Below, in pieces: positions 38,324-52,060 of a stretch of 64,000 nucleotides of DNA; positions within the stretch are counted from its first letter, which is position 1; the number at the start of each line of letters is the position of its first letter. The notes under the pieces are model-generated. The model searched no databases, had not been told where the DNA came from, and saw nothing but the letters and a program-made list of their open reading frames with translations. The DNA is from the human T2T-CHM13v2.0 reference genome, Homo sapiens, in NCBI RefSeq assembly GCF_009914755.1, contig NC_060929.1, one strand, 5' to 3'. The position numbers were made by a program, and so were the translations under genes.

Positions 38324-41300
38324 TTATTTACTGTGCCATCTTGGGCAAATCACTTCACCTCTATTTTCCAATCTACAGATAGGATACAATGTCACCTAGT
38401 TTCAGATTGCCATGAAGAAACCTTAACATTTGGCATGGAGGGGAAGCTCACTATTTATGTAATAAATGAACAAATGAATGAGGTAGAAAGATTTTAGGAT
38501 CTGGATTCAGAGAATTTGCATTGGCATCCCAGGTTTATTGTTTACTTTCTGTGTAATGGAGGACAAGTGACTTCACCTCTCTGAACCTTGGGTCCTCTCA
38601 GTATAAAACAGGGTAATATCTATCCCCAGCATTATTGTAGAATTAAATTAGACAGTTAATATTAAAATACCTTGTAAACCACAGGGCACTGTGCTCGCTC
38701 TAGTTTAATATTACTTTGTGCAGAGCCCTGGGCAAAGAGCTATGAGGGCTCCAAAGATATGCAAAGTCCTTGCTCCTAGCCCTAGAGGAGCTATGATAGA
38801 CTTGAGAAAGGAAGGCATGAAATGGGGGGCAGAGCTACACAGAGATTTCCACCCATTCATTGATTGCACACATATTTACAGAGTGCCTTCCAAACACTAG
38901 GCATGAAAGGTCTCCTGGAGATATTAGGTTAGGCCAGATGGAGGGGCCTTGAACGCCAAGGTAAGGCCTTTGGATTGACTGTTCCATGGGTAGAGGTTTC
39001 GGAAAGTTCACATGTCATCTATGCTCCTGAGTTCGCTTGTGAACCAGGACTCTGGCTTGCTGAGTCACTTCCCTCAGTCACTCTCTGAGGGCCAAATGTG
39101 CACAGTCCATTGTAAGGAGAGCATTTAAATTAGCCATTCAGTGGGTGGCCCCTCCTCAAAGGTCAGTGGCCTATCTGGCCACCACAGCTGGCGGCCACAA
39201 AAGACCTGCCGAGAATCCTGCCGAGAATCCAATCTAATGGAGTGGTAAAGGCTCAAGCCACTCTTCCTGGGAGTGGGAGGGTGAGTTGCAAGGTGATTTT
39301 GCTGCTGTCACAGTCTCCCTTTAGACACGGCCTGTCCTCGAGGGCAAAAATAGCAGCTTTAGAGGCAGGAGAGTTTTGTGACATCATCCCCAGGTTCAGC
39401 CAGCAAACCTCACTCCAGCCAGTAGATCTTGTTTGCCCCTCGGAGATTTATGCCAAGGTCCTAAGGGACAACTTTGGTGGCCCTGGGGCTCCTTCCAGCC
39501 CCCTGGCCCCAGTTCTGGACCCTGCCTATGAACCAGAGTCCCCACCTCCACCCCACTGTTTACACACCAGGTGAAGAGGAGCACACTCACTAGTGCACTG
39601 TGGCTGGACTCGTGTCTACCTCCATCTCTCCAGGGCTGAGTGCTATAGGCCTGCAGGGCCCGCAGGGCCTGCAGCCTCTCTGGGCTAGGAGCACACAGGC
39701 TGAGCTGAAGATGCTGAGGATGGCACCTAGCCTGGAGGCTGAACTGAGGGGAAGACATTCTGCAGTCTCTGGGAGGTGGGAGGGAGGGAGGGTGGTTTGC
39801 AGAGAGAATAAAGGAGTTTATGCACAACTCTGGGTGTATGTGTGTATTTGCATGTGTGTGTGCCTGTCCTGCAGCAGAAGATGGCAGGCAGGAATGGGGA
39901 CTCCACAGCCTCCACTGATTAGAAAGGTTTTGAAATTGATAAATTACTTTGTATTGGGGCAAAATGATTTGACCAGGTTTCAAATGTCTCAGAGAAGGGA
40001 AGCTTCTCTTGGGCCAAGTATTGATTGCATTTAATAGAGCTGGGACTTTCTCACTTAAAAACAACAAAATAAACATCTAAGAGAAGGCACCAAAACACAT
40101 ATGCTCTCTCTCTCTCTCTCTGTCTTTCCTTCCTTCTTTCCCTTCTCTCTAAGGACAGGTAGGGATCCAGAGACCCACTCAAGTCTGGGGTGGGGGCAGG
40201 GGCAGTGCCGATGTCAGAGCCATGGAGTTCCTTTGGGGCAGATTGATGGTGGGGGCTCAGGAGAACAGGGAGCCTTGGGTTGGTCCCATTCTTCACAGAT
40301 TGATTTTGCCAAACAGCAACTGTCAGAGCCTTTGATAAATCACTAACCCAGTGATGAATGCCCTGAGGCTGGGTGGGGTGGGGGGAAGGATGCTGGTCTG
40401 GGAGGCAGCCCAGGGAGGGAGAGGGGCAAGGATGGAGGGCTGAGGGCAGCAGGAGCCAGCTAAGGAAAAGTGAGTCCTAGAAATCCTGTGAGATACCCCT
40501 GGCTAGCTTACCCTGGACTCATCTCTCAACAGGACTTGACCATAATTATTGACTCAACAGTGCTTCAAATTTCATTTTCAGTCTGTCTCTTGTCTGTCTC
40601 TTGCTGTCTGTCTCGCTGTCTGCCTCTTTATCTGGCTTCCAAATGGACTCTGACGGTTTCCTCCCAAGAGATGATTCCTTTGGACCTCTTGGAAAGTGGA
40701 AAAGAATGTGGGGAAGGCTGGAAGCAAGTAGGGCCTTGGCAGTGGGAAGTGGGAGGGGAGGGGCGAGGTGACCTCCTGGAATGGAGGGATGAGGCCCAGC
40801 AGGGACCTGGACCAGCGGGGCGAGGGAGGGGCTGAGAGAAGGCAGATGCAAGCTTGCAGAGCAGACCTTGCCAGAAAGAAGCCAGTTTTTAGGAAGTCTT
40901 ATTCTTTATGGAAGGAAAAGTTATGCCATGGGATTCTCTTATCCATCGAAGTAGTGAGAACAGAGACCTGCCCCAACTGAGCTCCCTGAGGAATAAGGGC
41001 AGAGGGGGAGAGGGACCAACCCAGAATCACAGAACTGATCTCTCCTCATGGCCAGAGCCTGCCTTGGAGGCAGCCCAGTTCATAGACCACAAGTTTGAGT
41101 CATCCCTGAGTGACCTTGCACGTGTGACTTAGCCTCACTCACCATCTGGTTCCTCATCTATAAAATGGATGTTAGAATAGAGTTACATGAAGTTTATATT
41201 AATTAAGATCGTGTGTATAAAGTGCTGAGCAGAGGGCCTGGCCCATAGCAAGCACTCAGTAAATATTAGCTGGGAACATTAATGTTCTCCCTGGTAGCAG

Positions 41301-42894
41301 CATGGCAGATTCTGAAGTCACAAAAACTCCTCGCTCATCCTGAGAGTAGAGAACTCTACCCAAGTTACTGATCTACAGGCCAAGCCACGTCGATCTTCTG
41401 TCCCCACTGTCAGTGCTTATGCACCCTGGGCAGAGGCCTACACTGCCTTTTCGGTAAAGGCAGCTGGCCCCTAGCCCTCCAGATGCCTGCTGGCCGCCGG
41501 CAGGTGTCTGCTGGCCCCGCGGTGCCTGCAAACGTGAGTGGGACTTGGTGCTGCTTTACCCATTGCACACAAGGCCGCTCCCAGGCTCCCTCAGCCCTTG
41601 GCCCTGTCCATGGTGCTAACCCACATCCCAGCCCAAGCGGAATTTCTGACTTCAACCCCTCTTGCCCCCCAACTTTAACATCTCTGAAGATCCCCTCCAT
41701 CACCAGGAATGAATTCTGAGCTCACGTTCTGGAATGCTGCCAGGAAGAAGGAAGTGGTGTTAGTATAAAGAATCACACAAAAGGCCGCAGGTAATTATGT
41801 CTCTTTTAAGCCGCTAACAGGATTGGCCATTTGATAAATGGGAGGATTTGAGGCTGTTTTGTCACTGACAAGCTGTTGTAAGATCATATTGGAAGTTGAA
41901 GACAGTTTATCTTCATGTGTGTGGTGGAGAGAGGGGAATTCTCCGTGGATTTTACACCCTCTTTAAATTAATGTGATTTCCTAGGCTGGTCCTGTGCACG
42001 GGAGTGAGTGATCTTTATGACTCACCCCCTGATTAGATTACCTGGCTCAGTAGCCACCTCCAGCCCCTCTGAGTGCCCTCACCCTCCCAGGCCCCTCCCT
42101 GCTCTCATTCCTCCAGCTCCCCTCTGACATCCCCACTCCCTCCTCTAGCCCTACTCTCAGGTCCAGCTGCTGAGCGAGCCCACAGTTCAATTACTGCTAT
42201 CTAGCCTGAGAGACAAGGAGATCTAGTTTCTTCAGTTCCTCTGAAGGGAGCAGAAGAGAGGGAGGTAGGATGGGAAGAAGAGGGAGGTAATGGGAGAGGG
42301 AGGGACGGAAGCAGTGGAGGAGAGAAGAAATGAGACAAAGAGGGAGTTGAAACAGAAACAGAGAGCCAAGCTGAGCCAAAGAAAGGAAAGAAAAGAGATA
42401 AAAACAGTAGCAAAGAGAGAGGAGGGATTTTTCTTTTATTTCCAGAACCTTCCTTAAAACACAGGCACCAAGGTGGCCTCCTTCCTTGAACCCCCAAATG
42501 AAGCAGTCCCTTCCAGGCATACTCTATCAGGTAACCGTTTTATCTTCCTCATAGCACCTGCCACAATTATCTTGTTTATTTATTTGCTTTTACAATATTT
42601 GTCTTCACTGCCAAATTATAAGACCCATGAGAGTAGAGATCCTGGCTGCCAGGTTCTTCCCAGAACCCCAGCACCCAGCATATAATGAGTTCTTGGTCCA
42701 TGTTTATAGAATGCATGGTAAGGCAGGGATTTGAAGGGGGTCTGAAGGGGCAGGGCTGGCTTGCCTTCCTAGTCGAGGTCTAGAGGTGAGTGGGAGAATG
42801 CAGAGTCCAGGGCTGGATCACCATGGGGAGACACTTCTGGGGAGGAGAATGCTTCAGCAGTTATTTTGGGCAGAATTAGGTATCCTTTAGGACA

Positions 42895-43012
42895 ATGCTT
42901 CTTAAAATGTAATCTGTGAACTACATGCATCAGAGGACTCTGGGAACCTGCATTTTCACAAGCATTTCACAGGATTCTGATGTAGTGAAGCTCACACTTT
43001 GAAAAACACTCT
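42895..43012. mobile_element. hAT-Charlie (MER5-like) DNA transposon remnant
   Basis: caatgcttcttaaa...tgcatcagag...ctgcattttcacaagc...gattctgatg...ctttgaaaaacact. Confidence 0.5.
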
Positions 43013-43084
43013 CCTGAGAAATGGGTAAACTAGAGGCTCCTACTCACAGGGAAACCTCAGCAAAACCAGGGATCTGGCCTCAGG

Positions 43085-43088
43085 GTGT

Positions 43089-43140
<52 letters not shown>
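43085..43140. repeat. (GT)n microsatellite, pure (GT)23 at 43095-43140
   Basis: Directly visible. Confidence 0.98.
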
Positions 43141-43146
<6 letters not shown>

Positions 43147-43217
43147 GGTAGTGGTTGGAATACCTGCAGTGAAATAAGAAAGCTAAAGTCCATTATTTCC
43201 AGCCCAGGTGCCACTTC

Positions 43218-43222
<5 letters not shown>

Positions 43223-43268
<46 letters not shown>
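43223..43268. repeat. (AC)23 microsatellite
   Basis: Directly visible. Confidence 0.98.
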
Positions 43269-43271
<3 letters not shown>

Positions 43272-44264
43272 TCGGACTACTTGTAGGGGAACTGCCAAGT
43301 TCAAAGGAAGGGTTAAACCTGCTGGAAAGAGTTTTCCCACCCTACCCAGGACCCTTGAGAGTGAGGAGGACAGCAGCAAATGTGAGGAGAAGAGCCCTCC
43401 CTGCCCTGTGCCCAGGGGCCTCTGCTGCCCCCACCCACTGAAGTCTTTGCAGCTGGTAAGTCATGCCTCATTTCCCAGGCAAGCTGCACACCCACCCCCA
43501 AGCCCCAGGCCAGTCTCCCTTTTCAGGGGATCTCCCCCAGACTTGTCAGCAATGTATGCTACAGGATTGATTGGCTGCTACCACAGCATATCACCCCCTA
43601 ATACACACACACATGTCACAGCCCCATCAGACCGGACATGGGCAGGGCCTCTACCAGATACCTGAATACAGTGGTGGGTGGTCAGGGGTGAAGGCCATAT
43701 ACTTGAGGAGTGGGACAGCCTGGGTATGTCCACGCTGGGCCTCATCCCGGGCCTGAGAATAGGGGAGGAGTATAGAAGACAAGATCCAACCAGTTTGAAA
43801 AGACAACTCATCTGCACTTCCAGCCAGTAAAATCAAAGAATGTGGATGGAGCTACCACCACCTCCCACTCACTCCAGGCTCCAGTGACTCTGTCCTTACT
43901 TCATGCCCCAAACAATCCAAGCCCTCTCTGCCTCAGCAGTATCCTCGCTTATGCCATTCCCTCTGCCTGCAACATTCTTTGACATTATTCCATCCCTTTT
44001 GCCTGGTGACTTCTGCTTCTCTTCCTTGGTGGACCTGTACAGATCCCAGGGCTCTGTGCCACCGTGGCTCTATATCTTTCACCATTTGCACCACTTGGCA
44101 CTCTGGTCATTATATATTCAATGTCTGTCTCCCACTGGACTGTGAGCACCATACTAGGAAGGACCATGCTTGTGTGTCTTGTCCAGTACTGTATCCCTGC
44201 CCCACCCCCTTGCAGTACATGACACACGGGGGGCACTCAGGTGGGAAGAATGAGACTTAAACAG

Positions 44265-44960
44265 ATTAATTTATTTCAACAAATGGCTCTTGAGCATCTG
44301 CTATGTGTCACATATGGTGCTAGATCCTGAGGTTGCAGTCATAGCCAAAAAGGCACTCTCTCTCCTCTCACAGAGGCTATGATCTAGTGGGGAGGTGCAT
44401 AGTTGCCTGTACAGATAAATGTAAAAGTGCAACTGGGAGAGTGCTATAAAGGAGAGGCTCATGGTGCCAACACTAATATATAAAAGGAGGATTTGGTTAA
44501 GTCAGGAAGGTTAGAGGAGGCTTCCTTAGAAGAAGACATTTTTTGTGAGAAAGAGAAGCTTGTGTAGAGCAACAGTGGAGGAAAAAGTGTTCTGGAGAGA
44601 GAGCGGGAGCAGTTTGTGCAAAGGCCCTGTGGCAGGAGGTAGCATGGCTTCTGCAAGGAAATGAAAGTCTAGAAGGGCTGAAGTGTGTGGAGTGAGTAAG
44701 GAGGCTGGAAACTAGACAGAGACCAGGCCATGCAGAGCCTTGTCAGCTGACAGAGGGAATTTGCTTCTTCATCTAAGAGCGAAAGGTTTAAACACTGAAT
44801 AGTTTAAACAGCAGGGGGCTGAGCATTGGAGGTAGTGATATGATCAGAATTGCATTTTGAAAAGGTCACTTAGGCTTCAGCACGAATAAGGAAGGGAGGG
44901 GGTCTAAAGGAGGCAAAGAGACCAATTAGTGGCATGTTGCAACCACCTAGGCTTGGACTA
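44265..44960 (-). mobile_element. LINE-2 fragment
   Basis: ttcaacaaatggctcttgagcatctgctatgtgtc...gtgcaaaggccctgtggcagga...tgatcagaattgcattttgaaaagg. Confidence 0.8.
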
Positions 44961-45360
44961 TGAAGGTGGTGTTAGAGACTGAGCATTGTAGAGTTTTGAG
45001 AGAAAGTTTTCAAGCAGCACCACAGATTAGTGGCAAAAGCAGGACTAGTACCCATCCCCAGCCTTTATCCCTTCCTGAAGCCATTGGCCTCCTTCTGGTA
45101 TGTCCAGTGGGCCAACATCAGGAGGGGTTCTCAGGCCTCCTCCAGAAGTATCCCCTGCTCTCTGCACACACAGGTGCCCATGTTCTGTACTGTGTTCCCT
45201 TTGGGATGCCCCTATGCATCTTCCAAGCTGGAAGGCCCTGGCTGGATACCATCTAGGAGGTGGGTTCCTCTCACAGCCTCAGGTGCTTTGCATTCTGGGA
45301 ATCGTAGTTCTAGAGCAGGAAGGCTGGGCCTGCTCCTGACTGGGTCTGGCAGGCAGCCTG

Positions 45361-45374
45361 GTTGCCATGGCAGC
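45361..45374. promoter_or_regulatory. RFX X-box motif
   Basis: GTTGCCATGGCAGC, one mismatch to the palindrome GTTGCCATGGCAAC. Confidence 0.55.
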
Positions 45375-45869
45375 AGCTGGGCTGGAGCCACCGAACCATT
45401 TCATCCACAGCTCTGCTGGCTCTGAGAGCCTCCCAGCAAGAAAGCTTGGGCTCAGGGGAGGAGGGGGAGGGAGGAGAGGGAGAGAAAAGAAGGGAGGGAG
45501 GGGAGGACCTCCCGGGCCTCATCCTGCTCTGGGGCTTGTGGACTGAGTCGGAGAGAAGTCACCAGGTCATCCGCAGAGCAGGACTCCTTGACCACTGGGA
45601 GTCAGCTCTGCTGCTCTGTTCTTGTCAGTCAGTCAGACCCTGCAGGTTCAGTTCTGTGTATGCAGAAGCCTGCACCAGACACAGAGAAAGGAGGGAGCAG
45701 CCTTCATCCCCAGGGGAACTCGGAGCCTGCCTAGAAAGGCAAGAAAAGTCCGAAAGAATGACAGAGCCAGGGAAAGTCTGGTCCATTTTCCCCCCCTAAA
45801 TGTTCCTGGAATCCATTCCCTTTTCTCTGCCCCTTGGCCACCATCCTGGTTTGTTCCATCTCCCCTGGA

Positions 45870-46395
45870 TAAGGCTTTCTAAAACACACCCCTGCTTAAA
45901 ATTCTTCAATGGCTCCCCTTTGCCCACGACTGGATCCAATCCAAATTCTCTAGTAGGACCATTCATAGCCTTTCAAATACTGGCCTGAGGCTCCCCATCT
46001 AGTGTCTCCTCATGCCTTCCCCTCAGCTCCAGCCACACAGAAATCCCCTAGTTCCTCTTTCATAACCCCCACCTTTGCACATGCTCACCTCTGCCTGAAG
46101 TGCCCTTCCCTCCCTCTGCCAACCTCGGAGCCGATCAAACACAGCTGAAACACCTCCTCCTCAGCGAAGTCTTCCAAAATCCTCTCCACCAGAGGAAGAA
46201 TTAATGGCCTGGTGCTGTGAGCTCCCAGAGCACTTTGTACATCCCTCTCAAGCACTTATCACCCATGTTGTGATTATTGTCTCTGTAGCTGCCTCTCCCC
46301 CCGTTCTCTCCTGCATCTGAGCTGTCTTTGGGTCTCCAGTGCCCAGCACAGTATCTGACACAAGGTAGGTACTCAATAAATGGTGAATGGGATGG
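45870..46395 (+). mobile_element. LINE-2 3' fragment
   Basis: ctgcttaaaattcttcaatggctcccc...ccagtgcccagcacagtatctgacacaaggtaggtactcaataaatggtgaatgg. Confidence 0.8.
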
Positions 46396-49300
46396 AGTTC
46401 ACTGAAGGAAGGCTATTTGGGTCTTCATCACTCACTCTCCCTCCCTGTGTTCGGCTGCTGTTCCTGGGCCCCTTCCCTCCCCTGCTCCTCCCTTGGGTAC
46501 CTGCATACCTCAAACATTGCAGCTGATGGGCAGACCTTATCGAGCGGTGCCTTCTATTCTGGGCAGGGTGGCATGGGGACCTGCACGTGGAGGCTGCAAG
46601 CCTCTTCATGTCACTGGGAACTCACATCAAGTCATACCAGTGTCCCTAGAGAGGAGGTACCTGTGCTTTCAATGGAGCCATGATTTATGGATCCAACTCC
46701 AGGAGCTGAAGAAACCAATTAGGCTTCCTTGCTTCTCTATCTGGAGGCAGGATAATTCTAGGAACGTTCTTCCTCCGGGGCAGAGGCTCCATCTGCTTGG
46801 ACCTAATCCCTGAGGTTTGCCCATCCAGCCTTTTACCCACCTTTATCGCCTACTCCTTGGTCAGTAGCTCCAAACCTCCTGGGCCGGCTTTCCCTGCATA
46901 AAAATCGTGCCTCTAACACTTGAAATGTGGGAAGTGAGAGCCAGATTTCCATTCTTTCCTAAATCTCATTTCCTCATTATAATAATAGGATAAAAGTCCT
47001 TGTCTACCTAGGTTGCTCATTCATTTATGAATGTATGTATCATTCATTCACTCACATATTCCCTTCCATGAAGATTTAATAGACATCTACTGTGGGCTAG
47101 GTGCTGGATTAATCACTAAGGATGCAGACATGAACCAGAAAACATGGCCCCTATCCTCAGGGAGCAGCTTACAGTCTATGGGGAATATCAACCTCAAAGT
47201 GCTTTGAGGTAAAAGTACAGACTATTAAGGACAGGCTTGGCCTGATCTTGAACCTCCATATTTATTTACTCAATAAATATTTACTGTGCACCTATGATAT
47301 GGCAGGCATGGGAGATAAGGATGGAACCAACTCCCCTCACTGAACTCCTTTTCTCAGCACAGAGACACACACAGCACAGAGAGGACTCTGAACAATCACT
47401 GTATACTACAACTGTATAGACAACTGTGGGAGGACCAGAGGAATGGAGAACGCAGGCTCTGTAGCCAAAAACATGAGGTCCAGACTTCTCAAGGTTTTGG
47501 ATGATTGCCTGAGATGGAGAGATGGGGTCCTTTGTACTCCATAGCAGTGAAAATGAAAGGATGGAGTCTTGGTAGGATTCACTGGGCTGGGGGAAGAAGT
47601 AGCCTTCCCTTGATAGGGCCTAGAGGATGATGGAGCAAAGGGCTCTCACAAACAGAGGTGTGAAATGGGAGAAGCACTAGCCACACAGGGCCTGGAGAAG
47701 GCAGTCAGTTCCCAGAGCACATGGAAGCTACTGTGTCACTGCCTCCACCATTTGGTAGGAACTTTATTTTCTCCATTCTGGAGGTTCAGGAAGAGCTGGT
47801 CCAGGTGTCAGTCTAGTATTGTGGTGAGGAGGACAGAGGCTGGTATGGTGGCTGGATCAAGCTGTTCTCCTTCCTGCAGCCCCTAATGCTGGGCCCACAG
47901 CCATGAGCTGGCTCCTTAGTCCCTTCTTCTTTCTGCTCCTGTGACTTCTGGGAACCGGGGTCTTGACTCAAGGGGCTCCAGATAGACCGTGGTGGGGAAT
48001 GGGGAATAGGGTGGATGGGTGGAGGTCCATGACTAATTCTTGATGTTTCCAGAGAAAAAAATAGATGCTGGCTTGCTCTGTGAGTTCTGGGGTCTCAGTT
48101 CTCCCATCTCTAAGATGGTGGGGTTGGATTAGGCAAACTCTAAGGGTTCTTTGGCTTCTCTTTCTTCTGCAGCTGGGAACAGGGAGATGGTGGAGGGAGG
48201 CTCTGCAGAAAAAGGCTGGCTCCACCCTCTGCCAAGGGACCAAATCAGCATTTGCTGACATTTCTCAGGATGCCCTCAGTGCTGGTGACATTTCAGAGAC
48301 TTGCTCCCTGGCAGGGCTAGAGGATACAGGGCTGACCCCAAATCCACTGCCACAGGCCCCACCCAAGGACAAGCCTCACATTCCAAACAGCAGCAAGGCA
48401 CCAACTCTGAGGTTAGTCCTGACTTTGCTAAGGGGCTAGAGCCCATTTTGAAAATGCTGACTGGGACAGGAGCGTAGCAGGTCTGGGCCCAGAGCGTTCC
48501 TCACCCCAAGCCTCAGTGTCTGCATCTATCAAATGGAGCCCATTTCCCTGCCTCCTTCAAGGGTAGTCTTGGGATTCCAACTACATAAATGTGAGCAAAG
48601 GAAAGTGTTTCATAAACAAGTGTGAGATGCTCTGATGGAGGCATTAGGGCCAGGGCTGGGGTCAGGGGGAGCAAAGCTTGGAAGGATTAATGGGATGCAG
48701 AGGCTGGAGGAACCAAGTCATATTCTGGCAAGAGCCATATGGTGAGTAGAGGCCAGCAGAGGGGACCCAGAGAACTCTGTGATGCTCTTGCTGATGCTGA
48801 CAGATAGTCACAGAGCTGTGGGCAATGTCAGAACCAGCCACATAAGGAGGAGGCCCCAAGCCTCGTTCATTAGCTTCACTCTTCAGCCTTGGGAATGGGA
48901 GAGAGGCCAGCTTGAGAGGCCAGGTCAAGGAGACAGTCAAGTGCCTGAGTTTTGGAGTCAGAACTAATCCTGGCTCCATTGATCATGAGCTGTGCAGCCC
49001 TAGGCAAGTACTTAACCTCTCTGAGCCTCATTTTTCTCATCTGTAAAAGGGTCAGAGCCTAGTAATAATGCGTACCTTGCATGTTTCTTGGGAGAATTCG
49101 AGAAGCTAATGTTCATAAAGCACTTAGCATGGGCTGCCACATAGCAGTTGCTGAGTCGAGTTGCTTCACTGATAACCATATTAGTGGCATCAGCTCTCAA
49201 CCAGGAGGCAGATTGGGGTTCACCAAGAAGCTTTTCCACCTCTGGTCAGCCTAGACCATAAGGAGAGGAAATCCCCCTCCCCCGAAGGTTTTTACACATT

Positions 49301-49469
49301 TAAATGTGCGCCAGACACCTAACGTGCTCCCAACTCAGTATGGTGGGAAAGAGGAAGAAAACTTGATTTCTAGTCTGAGTCCTAATTTGCTGATTGTGTG
49401 AGCTTGAACGACTATGTTCCCCAGTCTGAGTCTCAGTTTTTTCATCTTTAAACATGAGAGTAATCAGGC

Positions 49470-50280
49470 AAGGATTATGTATTGGTATTAATAACCATTA
49501 GGTGAATGGCTGATGGGGAAACGGACATTTGCGTGGTGTCAGAGTAACCCACAAACATAATTTACTAGAAGGAAGATGGGGAGGAAATCATAACTATCAT
49601 CAGCAGGTGTCTATCTGAGCATTTCTCATGGTGGATGAATTTGATGTTCTACGTCTTCTGATACGGTGCAAAGTGAAGTATATGACATCGCCTCACATGT
49701 GTTCTAGCCAAGAATGTTGAACTTGAATTGTTCTAGCCTTTAGATCTAACTCCCTGTTTATAGAAAACACTGGGATAGTTTCACAACCTCAACAACAGCA
49801 CAAGGAAGTAACCAGGCAGTTGGAAGGAAGAATATTCTGTGGGGAAACTAATCTGAATATTTCAATGCATTAATGACCAAAAAAACCAGGGGAATGCACC
49901 ATTTTAAGCGATTTAATACACATAACGATCAGATGCTATCCCTGTATTGGATTCGGACCAACTGTAAAGGACTTCTTGGGGGTCATTTGGGGAAATTTTT
50001 ATAGGTTCTGGGCATTAAAAGGGATGAAAATTTACTGAAATAGAAAAGGTAGAGATTGTTGGTTAAAAAACAGATCATAAAGCAGTATGTATAATTCAAT
50101 CACATTTTGGTAAAAAGATACTTGTATGTAAGAAAAAGATCTGGAGGGACATGCATTAAGGTGTTAATGGTGGTAGGAATATGATGTTTTTATTTTTATA
50201 TTTTTGCTTTCTGTACTTTTAAAATTTTGCACAATTCATATTTATTACTTCGGTAATAATAAAATGCTATTTAACAAATA
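49470..50280 (+). mobile_element. Ancient L1M (L1MC/L1ME-like) 3' UTR fragments
   Basis: AT-rich; tagcctttagatctaactccctgtttatag and aaaagatctggaggg...ttattactt..taataataaaa are typical of L1MC/ME 3' ends. Confidence 0.65.
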
Positions 50281-51199
50281 AAATGGGAATAATAACTGTG
50301 TACCTTGTAGGGCTGTAATGATGCAGTGAGATAATGCCGTGAAGAACAAGGCCTGGCATAAGCACATGCTCAATAGCTAGGTGCTGCTAAGATGTTTATG
50401 CTGTTCCACCCCCAGCCACCATTAGACAGAGCAGGCTTATTAGAGATGTTCTCTCTGTCCCCAGGTTCTGGCACAGAGCAGGGCTCTACTGATGTTTTCT
50501 GAAGAAATTATTTCCATTGGTCCAGCATTTGTTGGACATCAAGGGAAGCATGTTGGAAATTGTGGCCTCGTGCTCGCATAGGTGTAGGTCCCCAGAGCCC
50601 CCTCCACCCCCTCCCATGAAACTAGAGTGTGCCCTCAGCTAGGTCCCTGCAATAAGCAAGACCTCTTGCAATAAGCAAGAGGAGGTGACCCTCTGCCAGT
50701 GAAGTAAAGCTGTAGTGAACTGAGCCAAAGGGAACAAACAGTTTTTCCCCCTCCCCAGACCATACTCACCCAACTATTTTTGCCATTGGCTTCCAAAAGC
50801 TTCCACCTTCTTGACTACCCTAAATTCTGGGACTGGGCTAGGGGCTGGAGGTTGAGTCTGAGGCTATTCCACAAATATGGACTGGGATTAAGGCTAGCCC
50901 TACCATTGGAGGGGGTTCTTAGTCTGAGTGTAGCTTCCCAGATAAAGACTCAAAATTGGGACCAAGCTGCAGTCTGTCCACTTCCAGGGCCTGAGGATTC
51001 AGTCTAGGTCCGAGGCTAGCCCCCTGTTGAGAACTGATTTAAGACTTGAGGTGTGCCTCGGTCGATCGGAAGCTTGCTCTTGGCTGAAAGCTGAAGCTAA
51101 GTCTGGTCCTTGATAAAGGAGAGGTTGCCCCTGACTAGGGGACAAGGGCTGGGCTATTTCATTCTCTGTCAAGGGCTGGGAGCTGGGTCTGTAGTCAGA

Positions 51200-52060
51200 G
51201 AAGGAGCCTTGGAGGGGACGGTCGGGAGAGGGGATGGCAGAGCGGGGAGCTGGAAAGGGGCTCTCCATGGAGAAACAGAGGCGCCTTCCGTGGATCCAGC
51301 TCTGGCTCCGGCGTCGGCAGCACCCGTTGGGGGTGAGGACGGGAGAGGAACGTCCCGCCCCGGGGCGGGGGGTGGTGTTGGGAAGCGGGAGAGGCCACGT
51401 GTGTGTGTGTGTGTTCTGGGGGCCCAGGCACTGCAGACGCGCGGTGTGGAGGGAGAGAGACGGGCGCCAAGGAGAGGCTTCCGAGGGGGTCCCCGCGGCT
51501 GGAGAGAGGCCCTGCCTGTGTGGATAGCGCCCCATTACCCCCAGCTCCACCCCTCCGAGCCAGCCGGGCTCCCCGCTCATTAGGCCGACATCTCCTCCTT
51601 AATAAAAAATACATGAATAAATAAATAATAACAGCCACAACCGAGCGGGAAACCGCTTGCCACTCTTCTGTTTCCCCAGCTCCTTCCTTCCAGTGCGGCC
51701 CCGGGGGCTCCCGGGCTGGCTCGGCCAGTAAAGGCCCTCCTCTCTCCCGCCCTTCAGTGCCGCAGGCATCCCGCGACTGGAAGGGGACCGGGCTGGGGCG
51801 GGCGCCGCTCTTAGGGGGACTGAGCAGGCCCTTTGCGACCCAGACCTGCTCTTAGAGGGGCGTGGGACGAGAGAAATCTGGAGGGGAGTCTTTTCTCTTG
51901 ACCTTCGAGGAGGAAGAAGCAACAGCTGAGCCTTTAGGTCCGGGTCTTTGGGTGGTCCCCAAGCACACAGACCCCAAATCAGGGAGAGGCCAGACACGGC
52001 GTGGAGAAGGAAATGGAAAGTGGGACGTCTAGAGAGTTTCAGGGGCAAACGGGAGCGAGG
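51200..52060. promoter_or_regulatory. Orphan CpG island 2
   Basis: Dense CpGs, GC boxes (ggggcgggg ~51363, ggggcgggcg ~51795), E-box CACGTG ~51396; no coding exon recognised. Confidence 0.85.

Noticed and set aside
39396-40076. 226-aa minus-strand ORF
   Set aside because: Crosses a TG-rich tract and an enhancer-like island; no domain or codon bias seen
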